Shown here one piece after another: positions 1 through 11,518 of a stretch of DNA of 64,000 nucleotides (position 1 is the stretch's first letter; each line of letters begins with the position of its first letter). The notes beneath the pieces were generated by a model. That model made no database searches. It worked only from the letters and a program-made list of their open reading frames with translations, and was not told the origin of the DNA. A program made the translations under genes and the position numbers. Origin of the DNA: Patellaria atrata CBS 101060 (taxonomy: Eukaryota); NCBI GenBank assembly GCA_010093705.1, contig MU006092.1, positions 1,134,350 through 1,198,349 on the forward strand, in the 5' to 3' direction.

Positions 1-504
1 ATGTATGGCCGGGGAGTGACACTCCAAAGCTGCTTGATAGGATCTTTTCTTCGAGGATATCAGACGGAGTGGTGCCCGCTGAGGAATAGTCGTTTGCCAC
101 GCATCGGCATAGCATATCAACGGATGCATCGCTGATGGAGTGTCTTTTGGTGCTATGTTCGTTATGGTTAAGGGGGAGTTCCTCTTTTGCTGAGGTGCAT
201 TACATAAGCTTTTATGGGGACCGGGATAGAAATTTCGCCTCTCGTGGGAGCCACTTCCTCTCTTCTTTTTCCTCCTCACAGAAAGTTGAACACCCAGAAA
301 ATTTGACGACTTGCTCCTCTATATGAGCTTGGAGTTGTATTAGCTGGGAAGAAGAAAGCCTCGTTCTCCCAAGAAGTACCTGTTAGCCATCAAAAGCTCT
401 GAACAGATCACTCCCGTTGGAACGACACATACATACTCCGTACACCCTTACTGAGCTTTCTCAGAAAACAATATCCATCCCCATTCATCAATCACCATGG
501 CTGT

Positions 505-1322
505 ATGAATGGTGCTGCAACAGGTAATTCTTTCTGGCCTGCAGCAGCACCTGTTGAGCTCTTGGTCGAATAGGCATGGCGACCCCCATTCCATTCACAC
601 CTTTCCGTTTCTTCGACCTCCCATCTGAACTTCGTATACGGATATACGAATATCATCTTCTCACCCCTGATATCATTGACCTCGATCCCCAGAACCACAA
701 ACAGATATTACCACGATTTAACGTATTCTACGCATGTCGTCGAATGCACGAAGAAGCCTTTAGAGTATTCTACGGTGGTAATACATTTCGTCTCTTCCCA
801 ACCCACGGTCGATTCATCAACACGAAATGGCCTCTACTGTCTCGAATGCCTGCGCGCTACCGCTCTGCCATCCATACAATAGAGTTATGCTTAGGTCCAG
901 GCTGGAATAAACCACCGCAAGGTTGGAAGATCGAACCGCACCTAGGACTGGAGGACATGAGATCCCTAAAGCGGTTAAGAATATTCATACAGATGGACCC
1001 GGCTTCAAGCCCTGTTTTCAGTGAGTTCTGTATCAGTAGGGAATACTACACACTCTTTTGTGTAGACCTGCTCAGCGGTATTATGTCGAACGCTGATGGT
1101 ATCGATTTGGTTAAATTTGAAGCATTTCCCTCTGTGGACCAATATGGACCCTTAATGAGTGCTCTTGTCGAAGAAATCAAAACCAGGGGCAAACTTGTCA
1201 AATATGGTCCCTTCCAAGGTTGGGTCGAGGGATGTACGAAAGTGAACCCCATACCATTACGCTTTAGTGCCCTAGAGCTTGAAATTCTCAGGCTTAACGA
1301 TGAAGGGACAATTTTTGGTTAA
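505..1322 (+). CDS. Hypothetical fungal protein with N-terminal F-box-like (2EXR-type) motif
   Basis: ORF 576-1322 begins PFRFFDLPSELRIRIYEY, the F-box-like motif common in fungal hypothetical proteins. A possible short exon 1 (505-523, intron 524-573 GTAATT..TAG) joins in frame; otherwise the start is 576. Confidence 0.7.
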
Positions 1323-1761
1323 ATAATAATATTATAGTCAATGTCGAAGGTCCTGGATCTCCTAACAATATTTCGAGTTTTACATATTACCTTACACGAT
1401 TCAGTATTTATATATATTTTAGTATGATAATATTCCCATCTTTATTCTTTTAAAAGGATCAATTTTTATATCTCTACTGGGTAGCTACCTAGCATTAAGC
1501 TATAAGGACCATATTTTATCCTTGGTTCCCAGGCGCCCATCTTCAGATCAAGTTATCAGAATAAGGTAGTTGAATCTCTTCGTCTCAAGTATGCTTAGTC
1601 TTAAAGCATAATACTATTTTAGTCATCTCATATTCTACACTTGATTCAAAAAAAAAAGAAATTCCAAATCTGCCGTTATAAAAAAGTTTGGATACCCTAA
1701 CGCATCTATCCTCTCCTATGTGTCTAAAAAGGAAAAACCGACAAAAAAAAATAAAAAATAA

Positions 1762-1927
1762 AAAACAGTTCCCACACCCCCTAGAGGATGTGGTACATCT
1801 GCTGCCCTCAACTTAGGGCCTAAGATATGGGAGCTATTTGCCCCCTCGAGGAGTCGACCCCAGGGCGTGTTGGCGTATTGGCCTGCTAGATGTGGGGGAT
1901 TCCCACCACTAGGCCACAGGCCCTGGG
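1762..1927 (-). ncRNA. Candidate structured Pol III transcript or tRNA-derived element
   Basis: Minus strand has A-box TGGCCTAGTGG (1916-1906), B-box-like GGGTCGACTCC (1860-1850), several hairpins and a T-run after ~1766. GC-rich island beside AT-rich DNA. Confidence 0.35.
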
Positions 1928-2204
1928 TTATGAGAATAATTGGCAAGAATGCTGTTCATAAGGTGCACGAGTGTTCTCGGGTTACGAGTCCTACGATAGG
2001 TCGAACTAGTGAATGGGTTCATTTTACACAGCAACCACGTTGAACGTTTACACTGTCCGTTCTCACAATTGTACTTCAAAGATAATCAACCACACGCCTC
2101 ATATTTTCCCACTATATACTCAAGACCTCACAACCCTTTACGCACTCACTCCTTATTTCCCTTGTCTCACTTCACCCATCCTCTCTCCTTCCTCATCTCC
2201 CTAC

Positions 2205-2759
2205 TCAAGGCATCACGCTAAACGTCTCCGCAACCTCCTTCTCCCACGCAAACCGATCCTTCCCATACACCTCTGCCACGGGCTCCAGCTCTTTCGCCTT
2301 CTCCAGCAGCCCGGTCCTCAGAACGATCTTATCGTTGCCCAGTGCTTCCTGGTGGTGATAGGGGTGCGAAGTGCACGTCGGGCAATAGAGGCAGTGGACG
2401 GACTTCCCGCTGTCGCCTTTGTAGGTGTATGTCTTCAGCGCGTCGCCGCCTTTGGTGAATTGCAAGGCGCTGCGCGGGATGATTACGTTGAGAGTGTATG
2501 CGCCGCCCGAGAGGGATTTGCAGGTGTTGCAGTGGCTGTGTTGGGGTTGTTAGTTGAGGTAATGGTAGGGCTGAGGGTATGGGGTTTTGCATGTGGGAAT
2601 CAGGTGTGAAGATCGGACGGTACCGATATATTCGGCTGTGCCCTTGATTTTCGTGACTTCCGGAAGAGCTTACCAGAGGATGTGTTTGGCATCGTCGGGT
2701 CCAAGGTCGACGGTCCATTGAGTCTCTCCACAATGGCAGGATCCGTTGTACGTCGACAT
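2205..2759 (-). CDS. GFA / Mss4-like Zn-binding protein (glutathione-dependent formaldehyde-activating family)
   Basis: Exons 2759-2674 and 2535-2205 give 138 aa: MSTYNGSCHCGE...ILCHCNTCK...YCPTCTS, the GFA cysteine pattern. Confidence 0.85.
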
Positions 2760-3711
2760 TATCACGGTGTCTAGGGATGAAGCTAAGGTATAGGTGGCTT
2801 ATTATGAATGCAGCGCAATTAAGTTTTTAAATATACAATTGTCTAGCTTGGGCACAGTACACTTTAATCACCTCGTGGTATAGAGGGCTGGAGAAGGTAT
2901 TTAATAGCTTCACTGTAATTGTGCATGCCGTCATGATCAACGGCGAGAGAAGAAGCTTTTGGATAAGAGTGACCGGGTACACGACCGGTAGAAATTGTTT
3001 TGTCCAATACGCGCTTTCTGGAAGGTTGACGGGCTCCACTGATAAGGGGCTAGGGAGTGATATTCCAAATACTCCGGCTTGCTGATGAGGTGAAGCTATG
3101 GTGGGGTTAAGGTGGTGAGCTCCGCGGTCGGATGGTGGGGTAGGTGCATGGGCCGGGATGGGATTGCGGCAGCTGAAGAAAATAATAAATGCTTATATGA
3201 GACGAATAGCATCGAAGTTCAAGGAAGGATTTCCATTTTGTCCGTGCTAAGATGGAGATTGTGGAGGTGTACGCTTTAGGTTGTTTATGGTGAGACATGT
3301 TCCTGAAAATTGTTTCTGTGCTCTATGTCTGAGTAAGATGACGCGACCATGCAGACACTCTTGTGCAGACTGGACGACCGGCCGAACTAAGATAGCATCT
3401 AAGAGCGAGTTTTGGTCTTAGGTTGGGTATAAGAATAGAACCGGACAGTCAGAACTCGGCTCACGGGTTTGACAGATGTCACTCACCGTGAGCTAGTAGT
3501 GGTGTAGGATACATCAGGGCGTCATTACTCACATTCATTGATCGCAGGTACGCGAAAACGAGATCATGCTTGAGTTTTGGTACAAGTTCTAATTTTGATC
3601 TTACAAGACGAGAGACGCTATTCGTAGACGCCATAACTAACCGTTTATCTATCCTATCCTATCCTTAGTTGAAACTCCTCCACCCATACCCATAGTGAGC
3701 CGATTGTTAAC

Positions 3712-4389
3712 CTATGCAGAAAGAGGTGGGAACTTGCGGAGAATATGGGACGGACATTCATAGCCATTGGGGTTCTTATCGAGGTAGAGTTGATGATACT
3801 TCTCAGCGTCATACCACTCCTTTGCCGGGTGGATCTGAGTGCTGATCTTTCCGTTCTTCCACCACTCTTTTTGCACCTTCTCTGTGATCTCCTTTGCGAT
3901 TCTCAACTGTTCGTCGCTGTGGGTGAAAATTACACTGCGGTATTGAGTACCAACGTCGGGACCTTGTCTATTGGCGGTTGTGGGATCGTGCATTTTATAG
4001 AAGAATTCAATGAGCGTCTTGTAGCTCACTTTCTTTGGGTCGAAAACGATCTGAAGTGCTTCCGCATCTACATATATGTAAGTTTCATATTCGCATGATA
4101 GAAGAGTCTCTAAGTGAGACTTACGCCCTGTACCTCCGCTGCAAACTGCTCTGTAGCTTGGGTTCTTCGTATCGCCACCCGCATATCCAACTCTAGCATC
4201 AATCAGTCCGTCCTTTCCAAAGTGCTTTCTATATAAATGCTCAACGCCCCAGAAGCAACCTGCACCAACTGTGGCTAGCTCAGCACCCTCTGGAATTGGC
4301 ATAGTTGAGGCACCCTCAGGCGCAAATCGAAGAGAGGTTGAGCTGAAAGGGCGCATAATGCGGGAGAAGAAAGGCATGGTGGTAGCCAT
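3712..4389 (-). CDS. msrA: Peptide methionine sulfoxide reductase A
   Basis: GCFWG active site, GYAGG, HDPT..NRQGPDVGTQYRS and AEKYHQLYL motifs. Splicing the 57-nt intron 4124-4068 restores the TGHAE motif. The N-terminus resembles a mitochondrial presequence. Confidence 0.96.
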   Translation of the reverse strand: MATTMPFFSRIMRPFSSTSLRFAPEGASTMPIPEGAELATVGAGCFWGVEHLYRKHFGKDGLIDARVGYAGGDTKNPSYRAVCSGGTGRKSHLETLLSCEYETYIYVDAEALQIVFDPKKVSYKTLIEFFYKMHDPTTANRQGPDVGTQYRSVIFTHSDEQLRIAKEITEKVQKEWWKNGKISTQIHPAKEWYDAEKYHQLYLDKNPNGYECPSHILRKFPPLSA

Positions 4390-6902
4390 AAGTATTACTG
4401 CAAATAGGGGTATGAAAAAAGTTAGGTACTTCAGGTTGAGAATATAGTAGATGTGACTGATTGAAAAAATTGTGTCTTAAGGAAAAATAAATGTAGGATT
4501 TTCTAGAAGTTGGATGTTTCTTTATATGTCAAATGTTGATTTGCATTATGATGATGTCGAGCTGAGAGCTGTGACAAATTTCGGAGGAATGCGCCCCAAA
4601 AGCTCCGCCCGTTCGCCGCTTCCTCCCGAAAATTCCCCTCCGTTGCTCGTCCTGTTGCCCTCCACCACAGCACGCGAGCGGGGGGTTGCTCTGTACCAGC
4701 TGTCAACCATTTGGGGTAGCTGGATAGACACCCGAGACAGCTTCACTGCACACAGTTTGTAGCCTGTACGGATACAGTACCTGTACCGTACAGTTACAGC
4801 GCAGTACAACCCACCATCAGAGGTCGAAGCCTTGTTGGGGATCGGCCATTTCAGACCCAACTCCATGCGCTCGGCTCTAACCTGATCTTCCTAGCATTTT
4901 CCAACTTGGACGAAATTTGAACAGAACTTCAACGTCCTCTTGTGGACATCTCATCAGTTCTCTTTAAGATCATCAAACGCCATCTCGCGCAACGATAAGA
5001 CGTCGTTTTAAATCCTTCCAGTCGTCGCCGTAGTACCCAGCATGTCTTTGACGGGTTCCATTCGGTGTAGTGGATAATCGCTTGCAAATCGCTTGATGCG
5101 CGCAATTTCGCCGGGTGAGGTTTTCATATCTTGGACGAATCTTTTAACGAGTCTTTAACAAAGTGCTTTGGAAAATTGCTGTGCAAAGGCAATCAGCATC
5201 CGAAAAGCTCGATGAGCGATGATCGGTGCTTTCAAGTTTTTGACTTTTTTGTCTCCCTCTTTGCTCTCACGGAGTGAACTGTCATTTTCTCAGTCTCGAT
5301 CCGATTACATTCCCTTCAACACTCGCTCGTGTCCTTTTAGAGCACTTGACTGCGTTATGAATCTCGTATCCGTCTACACTATTGCTTCTCCACCATGCTT
5401 TGCACGGCCCACGGCGCTCTCAACATGTACCGTCGGCTGATGCGTCAATAAATATTAATGATGAGCAACGGCCCATTGCCTGGTCGACAGATATTAAGTG
5501 CTTGTAAACTTGGAGTTCGTAGCGGCGGTTTTGGTCAACGGACGCTTCCAGATGCCGCAGCGTGATCTGGCCTCTCTATGTGTCTCTTTCGCTTCCGAGT
5601 CTCACACGAGTTCCAGCTTGGCCGTGATGGGCCTTGATGGCCATGACTGAGCGACTTCAATCTGAATATATGAGCTTGGCACCCACTTAGGCTACTTTAG
5701 AGGGGCGGCCGTGGTCGCGATGATCCAAGAACAAGCATTAGATTAACCTTAATCTCAACGTCAATTTGGAGATCCCCCTTCAAGATCTACGACAGGGAAA
5801 ACAACGTCTCCCATCCACAGCCATCTTTCACAAACACTCCTCGTCGCGCTATTTTCAGCATCAATTAGTATCAATTGAACCATTCGTGCCCACAATTTCA
5901 GCGAACAACCTTTGACCATACGAGTCGAATCGACTAAAACCGAATTTCCTGAGCTTCCGATTCGCCTTCACCTCGTCTGGACCTGCGTAACATAGACGTT
6001 CGAGGCGGTGACTGATATTTCAGGAGCGTCTAACCAAGACTTTTATATCATCAGAACCACGAAACTCAATCTACAGAAACCGAGTTCGCCTTGATCGGAA
6101 ATAGAAACAGCCGCCAGGTATCTCGAAGGCGAGCAGTGTGATGGTATTCCGAGCATCAGATGATTGACTGCATCGTGTTCGTACTTCGAATCATCTCATG
6201 ATGCAGAGAAATCCACAGACCTCGGGCTAGACAACTTGCAACCCAATCGTCCCGAGCATCTCCATCTCGAAGATCTTGAAGATCACCATTCCTCTGCTGG
6301 GAAAGTTCTCACACAGGAGTTCCAAAGAGCCTCATGAAGCACGGATAACTTTGAGACATGTTGAGCGATCCCCAGGTTTCTGGATAGAAGCATCCTAGCG
6401 AATACTCAAACGGCACGCGGTGATCGCGATTAGCTCTGCTGCACATTGGACTATTTCAGAGAAGATATTCATTTTCCTATGCGGCAAATCCTGGCACGAA
6501 TCTCAATCAATATACTGTTCCTGGGACGTGCCATGCCCTTACAAGCACCCGTCTATAGATAAAAACAAACCTGACCAAGAAGCTCCCTACTAAATCCCCC
6601 ACCTCCTATGTTCCGGCCCGGCGGACCAACCGTATTCATTACTAGCGAAGCAAGCTTTTACATGACGCTCCAGTCTAGAACTCGATTTCTGGAGACGATA
6701 TGCAACTGATACTGTAAATAGGAGTGCCCTAACTTGAGCATATATCTGGGGTTGCAGAGAATTGGATATAAAAGCAACCCTCACCCCAACCCCAGATACC
6801 TTTCTTCTCCAGTCCGGTCAACAAGTTCTTCAGCAAATCCTAACAATCCAAACAACTCTCTACGCTTTTACCAGCATCAAAAACCCAACCACCACCTTCA
6901 AA

Positions 6903-7672
6903 ATGAAGTTCATCGCCGCCGCCGCTCTTGCTGCCCCAGCCCTCGTTGCTGCTCTCCCAGCACCTGGTGTGATCATCCCCGGCGTTGCCGCTCCCGAGCC
7001 GAGCTCAGTCAAGATCCGAGCTGTCACTTATGGCGGTACTGGTTGCCCTCAGGGAACCGTCGGTTCCATCATCTCCAGCGATCAGTCCACCATGACTTTG
7101 ATCTTCGACTCCTATGTTGCATCCATCGGCAAGGGTGTCTCCGTCACCGACAACCGCAAGAATTGCCAAATCAACGTCGACCTCACCTACCCAGGTGGCT
7201 TCCAATACTCAGTCTTCGGCGCTGATTACCGCGGCTATGCTGCTCTTGATGCTGGTATCACCGGTACCCTCAAGTCCACCTACTACTTCTCTGGCCAGAC
7301 AGAACAGGTAAGATTCACACACAAGTTCCCTCGGCTCCTTAAGTGCAGATTCACTAACTTCAAACACAGACATACACTCAAGCCGACTTCAAGGGCCCGC
7401 TCAACGGCGACTACCTCAAGCACGACGAGGCCGAGGTCGTCTCCGTCGTCTGGTCACCATGCGGTACTGAGGGCATGTTGAACATCAACTCCCAGGTCCG
7501 CCTTACATCCACCAACTCCGCTGCCAACGGTCTGCTCACCACCGACTCCATCGATGCCAAGTTCACCCAGAAATTGTACATGCAATGGCAAACTTGCAAG
7601 TGAGTACTTTCTCTCCCTTTGCCCTTGAACTGGCAAAATATTCAAGGATATTGACTTACTAAAAGGAAGTGA
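6903..7672 (+). CDS. Secreted DUF4360-like protein
   Basis: Signal peptide MKFIAAAALAAPALVAA, then YGGTGCPQGT, RKNCQINVDL and VWSPCG motifs. Exons 6903-7307 and 7370-7599, plus 7666-7672 if the last intron is spliced; otherwise the stop is 7601-7603. Confidence 0.85.
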
Positions 7673-8389
7673 AACCGCGAGCGCCGGTAAGGGATCAGTT
7701 GGCTTCACTCCTTCCTCCTCGGATACCGAGTTCTCTACTTAGAGGGTTAGGTGTTTGAGTACGGAATGATATGGTTGTTGGGTTTTCCTCCTTTGGATTT
7801 TCTCGGATTTGCTAGGTTTTGTTGCATTTCGGTAGCTCTCCTGATGCCGTCTCGCGGAGAAGAAAAGCGTTCCGTGAACAAATAGGGGTACTTAAATACA
7901 ACATTTCTTATCACTTCAAAAATCATCTTCTTGATCATGCAATTGTGAACTGGTGAATACAAGCTTCGCCGTTGAGCGGGCCGTTGATGGTGGCTTTGTG
8001 GCTGCTTCTGAGTCTCTTTCCCAAACTTAACCTTTTCCTATACTCGGAGGTCCCCCGGGAGGGTCCTCTGACTTCACGATAAAGATCCCCCGGAAGCCTA
8101 GGAACAGCCAGAAAAACACGAGATACACGATTTCACCCCAGAGGTGTCGGAAGGCAACAACCGAGAAATGTGGAAACGTGTCAGGGGCGGAAGATATACG
8201 ATAGACGTTGTGGACTAGTGTTAGCGTCGGCTTTTAACCAAATTAACAGCCGGAGAACTACACGTGACCGCGCCTTGGCAATATGTCATCGCATCTCGTC
8301 TAAACTTCGTGTCAGGTTGTCAACCGATCGCGTTCACGATGTTTAGTCTCACGCGCCACAGTGAGGTGACTTAATATGTTTCAAGCTCA

Positions 8390-11300
8390 ATGGGCCCGCC
8401 AGAGCAATATCGAGTACGGAAAAGGCTAACAGCAGAAGAAACCGTCAATCGAATGGAAGGCGAAGATTCAAACAGCAGTGATATTGAGATTACGAAGACC
8501 GTAATAAAAGACTTGGCCTGGTCGAAGGTGCACAAGCTCTTACAAGGTTAGATTTATTCCGTCATGCAGAGTATATATGCTAACCTGTATCTGAACGCAG
8601 ATGCAGCGAGCGAAGATGATAGTTCTACCACCGTCTCAGACGCCGACGACAGTCATGACCCCAGCTTTGAGAAAGCAAAGATTGAGTTTTCAGACGACGA
8701 AGATCCCGAAGCTGCTTATGCTGCGTTCAAAAACCGCAAGTCAGTCAAACGGAAACGTGTTGCAGCTGAAGTTAAGAAAGTGAAGGCTAGAGTCCAAGCG
8801 GACTCAAAATCAAAAGGAAGAATTGTCGGCAAAAAGAGCAGAATTGATAAACTAAAAGATGCAAATTCTAAAGATCCACTGAACCTGAAAAAAATAGTCT
8901 ACGGAGACGGTGACGATACAAAATATGAATTGATGGATGAAACAATGCCAGATTATATTAAAGATAGAAAAGTGGCTTTTGAGAAAAGACAGGAACGTCT
9001 AGGCGCAAGCGGTCTTCGTATACCACCAGATGTTAATGATATCTACTTTTCCGATGATGACAACCTCGAATCGTTAGAGGAAAGGCCTAGAATCGCAAAA
9101 TCACCGCTCCGGAAATACGAGGATATCATCATGAAACGATCGGGTGGTATCATACCAGCTCCAATCGCTTGCCGACTCCGTGACTATCAAATTGAGGGTG
9201 TTGAATTTCTGCACGAAATATTTGTATGGCAGAGAGGCGGGATCCTCGGGGATGATATGGGTTTAGGAAAGACCATTCAAATTATCTCATTTCTCACAGC
9301 AGCTTTCGGCAAGACCGGAGATCAGCGAGACGAGAAACGAATGCGCAAGATCCGTCGAGCTCTCCGATCAATGCATAAGTATCCTAGAGTGCTCATCATC
9401 TGTCCCGGAACTTTGATGAATAATTGGCAAAGCGAGCTCAAGAAATGGGGCTGGTGGCATGTCTATGTTTACCATAGCACATCAGGTGACAAAGAAGCAG
9501 CCCTAGAAGCAGCTCGAAGTGGACGTGTGGAAATAGTCATAACTACCTACACCACATATAAGAAGAACAAAAGCGCTATTAATACAATCGACTGGGACGC
9601 TGTAATAGCCGATGAATGTCATGTTATCAAATCCCGCCATTCAGAAGTTACCCAAGCGATGAATGAGATCAATGCTCTCTGCAGGATCGGACTTACGGGA
9701 ACAGCAATACAGAATAAGTACGATGAGCTCTGGACATTGCTCAACTGGACGAATCCGGGAAGGTTTGGATCTCTAGCCTCCTGGCAATTACAGATCAGCG
9801 ATCCGCTCAAATATGGTCAGGCTCACGATGCGACTTTAGAGCAATTAGCCAAGGCTCGAAAGACTGCACGAAAGCTGGTCCAAAACCTTTTACCAAGATT
9901 CTTCCTCCGCCGTACGAAGTCACTGATCGCTGACCAATTGCCAAAGAAGAGCGATAGGGTCGTATTCTGCCCTCTGACTGATACGCAAGCAGACGCATAC
10001 GAGAACTTGGTCAATAGTGATATTATCGAATACATCCGTACTAGTTCCGAAGTATGCCCTTGTGAGTCAGGTAAAAGGAGAGGATGGTGTTGTTACACGG
10101 ACATACCTGGATTCGGGAAATGGCAGAACCATGTTTTTCCTTCCATGGTCCTATTGCAGAAGTTATCAAATCATTTGGCCCAGCTTATTCCAGCAAGCAA
10201 CGATCTTCAGGAAAAGCAAACAAGGGATATGGAGGCTCTTCAAATCGCTGTTCCTCATCGATGGAAAGAGTTGTATCGGCAGAAAGATAATATAATGAAC
10301 TTTGCCGATCAAGATTTTTGTGGCAAGTGGAAAATCTTGAAAAAGCTTCTTACATTCTGGTATAGTAATGGAGACAAGGTCCTTGTGTTCAGTCACAGTG
10401 TAAGGCTTTTGAAGATGTTCAGAATGCTTTTTGCGTCAACAACATCGTATAACGTTTCATACCTCGATGGCGCCATGCAATATGACGATCGAACGCGTGC
10501 AGTTGACGATTTCAACAACGATCCTTCGCAGTTTGTATTTCTCATTAGTACCAAAGCTGGCGGAGTGGGACTCAATATCACCTCGGCGAATAAGGTTGTC
10601 ATCATCGATCCGAACTGGAATCCAGCCTACGATTTACAAGCCCAGGATCGTGCTTATCGTATTGGCCAGGAGCGAGACGTTGAGGTGTTTCGACTGGTTA
10701 GCGCTGGTGCAATCGAAGAGATTATATACGCCCGTCAGATATACAAACAACAGCAGGCCAACATTGGCTACAATGCGTCGAATGAGCGGAGATATTTCAA
10801 AGGTGTACAAGATAAGGCGTCCAAGAAAGGGGAGATCTTTGGGCTTGCGAATATGTTTTCGTTTCATGGCGACAGCGTAGTCATGAGAAATATTGTCAAT
10901 CAAACCAATGTGGCCGAAGCAAAGAAGGCCGGCGTACAGATCATCGGATTCGATGTTGACGAGGATGATGAGGACGAAGCCGACGAGAATTCTGGTATGA
11001 GTCAGGTCGCAGAACTCATCGCTGCTGGAATGTCCATAGAGGATCAAAAGAAACAGAAGACGATGGAGGTAAAAAGAGCGGATCCGGTACAAGCTATTCT
11101 TGCAAGCGCCGGCGTGCAATACACGCACGAAAACTCCGAGGTCATTGGGACGTCCAACGTCGAGACGAAACTCAGTAAGCAAGCAGAGGAGGTGGGCAAT
11201 GATCCTGGTATGGACAAGAGGACAGCGTTTGACTTCAGTCAAACTCAACGTTGTGAGCTTGATCTAGATGGCGAGAGCGGGGATGATGAGTTTGAGGGGG

Positions 11301-11518
11301 ATGTACGCGATCTTAAAGATGTCACGGTCAGGTATCATCCCCCTGAAGATGTGAGGAAACGCCAGTTTTGTACGATGGCCAAGACGTTTGGATTCGAGGA
11401 TGCGGTTGACTTTGCCCTGGTTGTGGAGGGCTGGACGCAGGAACAAAGACGAAACTGTCTCGATAAATTTTATCGAGTTAGGAAGAAAGAGGTGATTAGT
11501 AGTCAAGAGAAAAATTAG
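8390..11518 (+). CDS. SNF2-family DNA-dependent ATPase, ERCC6L2/Rad26-like (VIGSSK-domain type)
   Basis: LGDDMGLGKT, DECH, LTGTAIQN, STKAGGVGLN and QAQDRAYRIGQ motifs. C-terminal YTHENSEVIGTSNVE is VIGSSK-like. Exon 8390-8546 splices in frame to 8601-11518 (1024 aa). Confidence 0.9.

Noticed and set aside
1..330. Possible gene at the left edge and ORF 135-326
   Set aside because: Short open frames with no recognisable motif; cannot be supported.
1830..1923. Canonical tRNA gene or HDV-like ribozyme
   Set aside because: 5' GGGCCTG cannot pair with the segment after the T-arm (AGGGGGC). The TCCTCG loop lacks the closing P3 pairing needed for an HDV-like fold.
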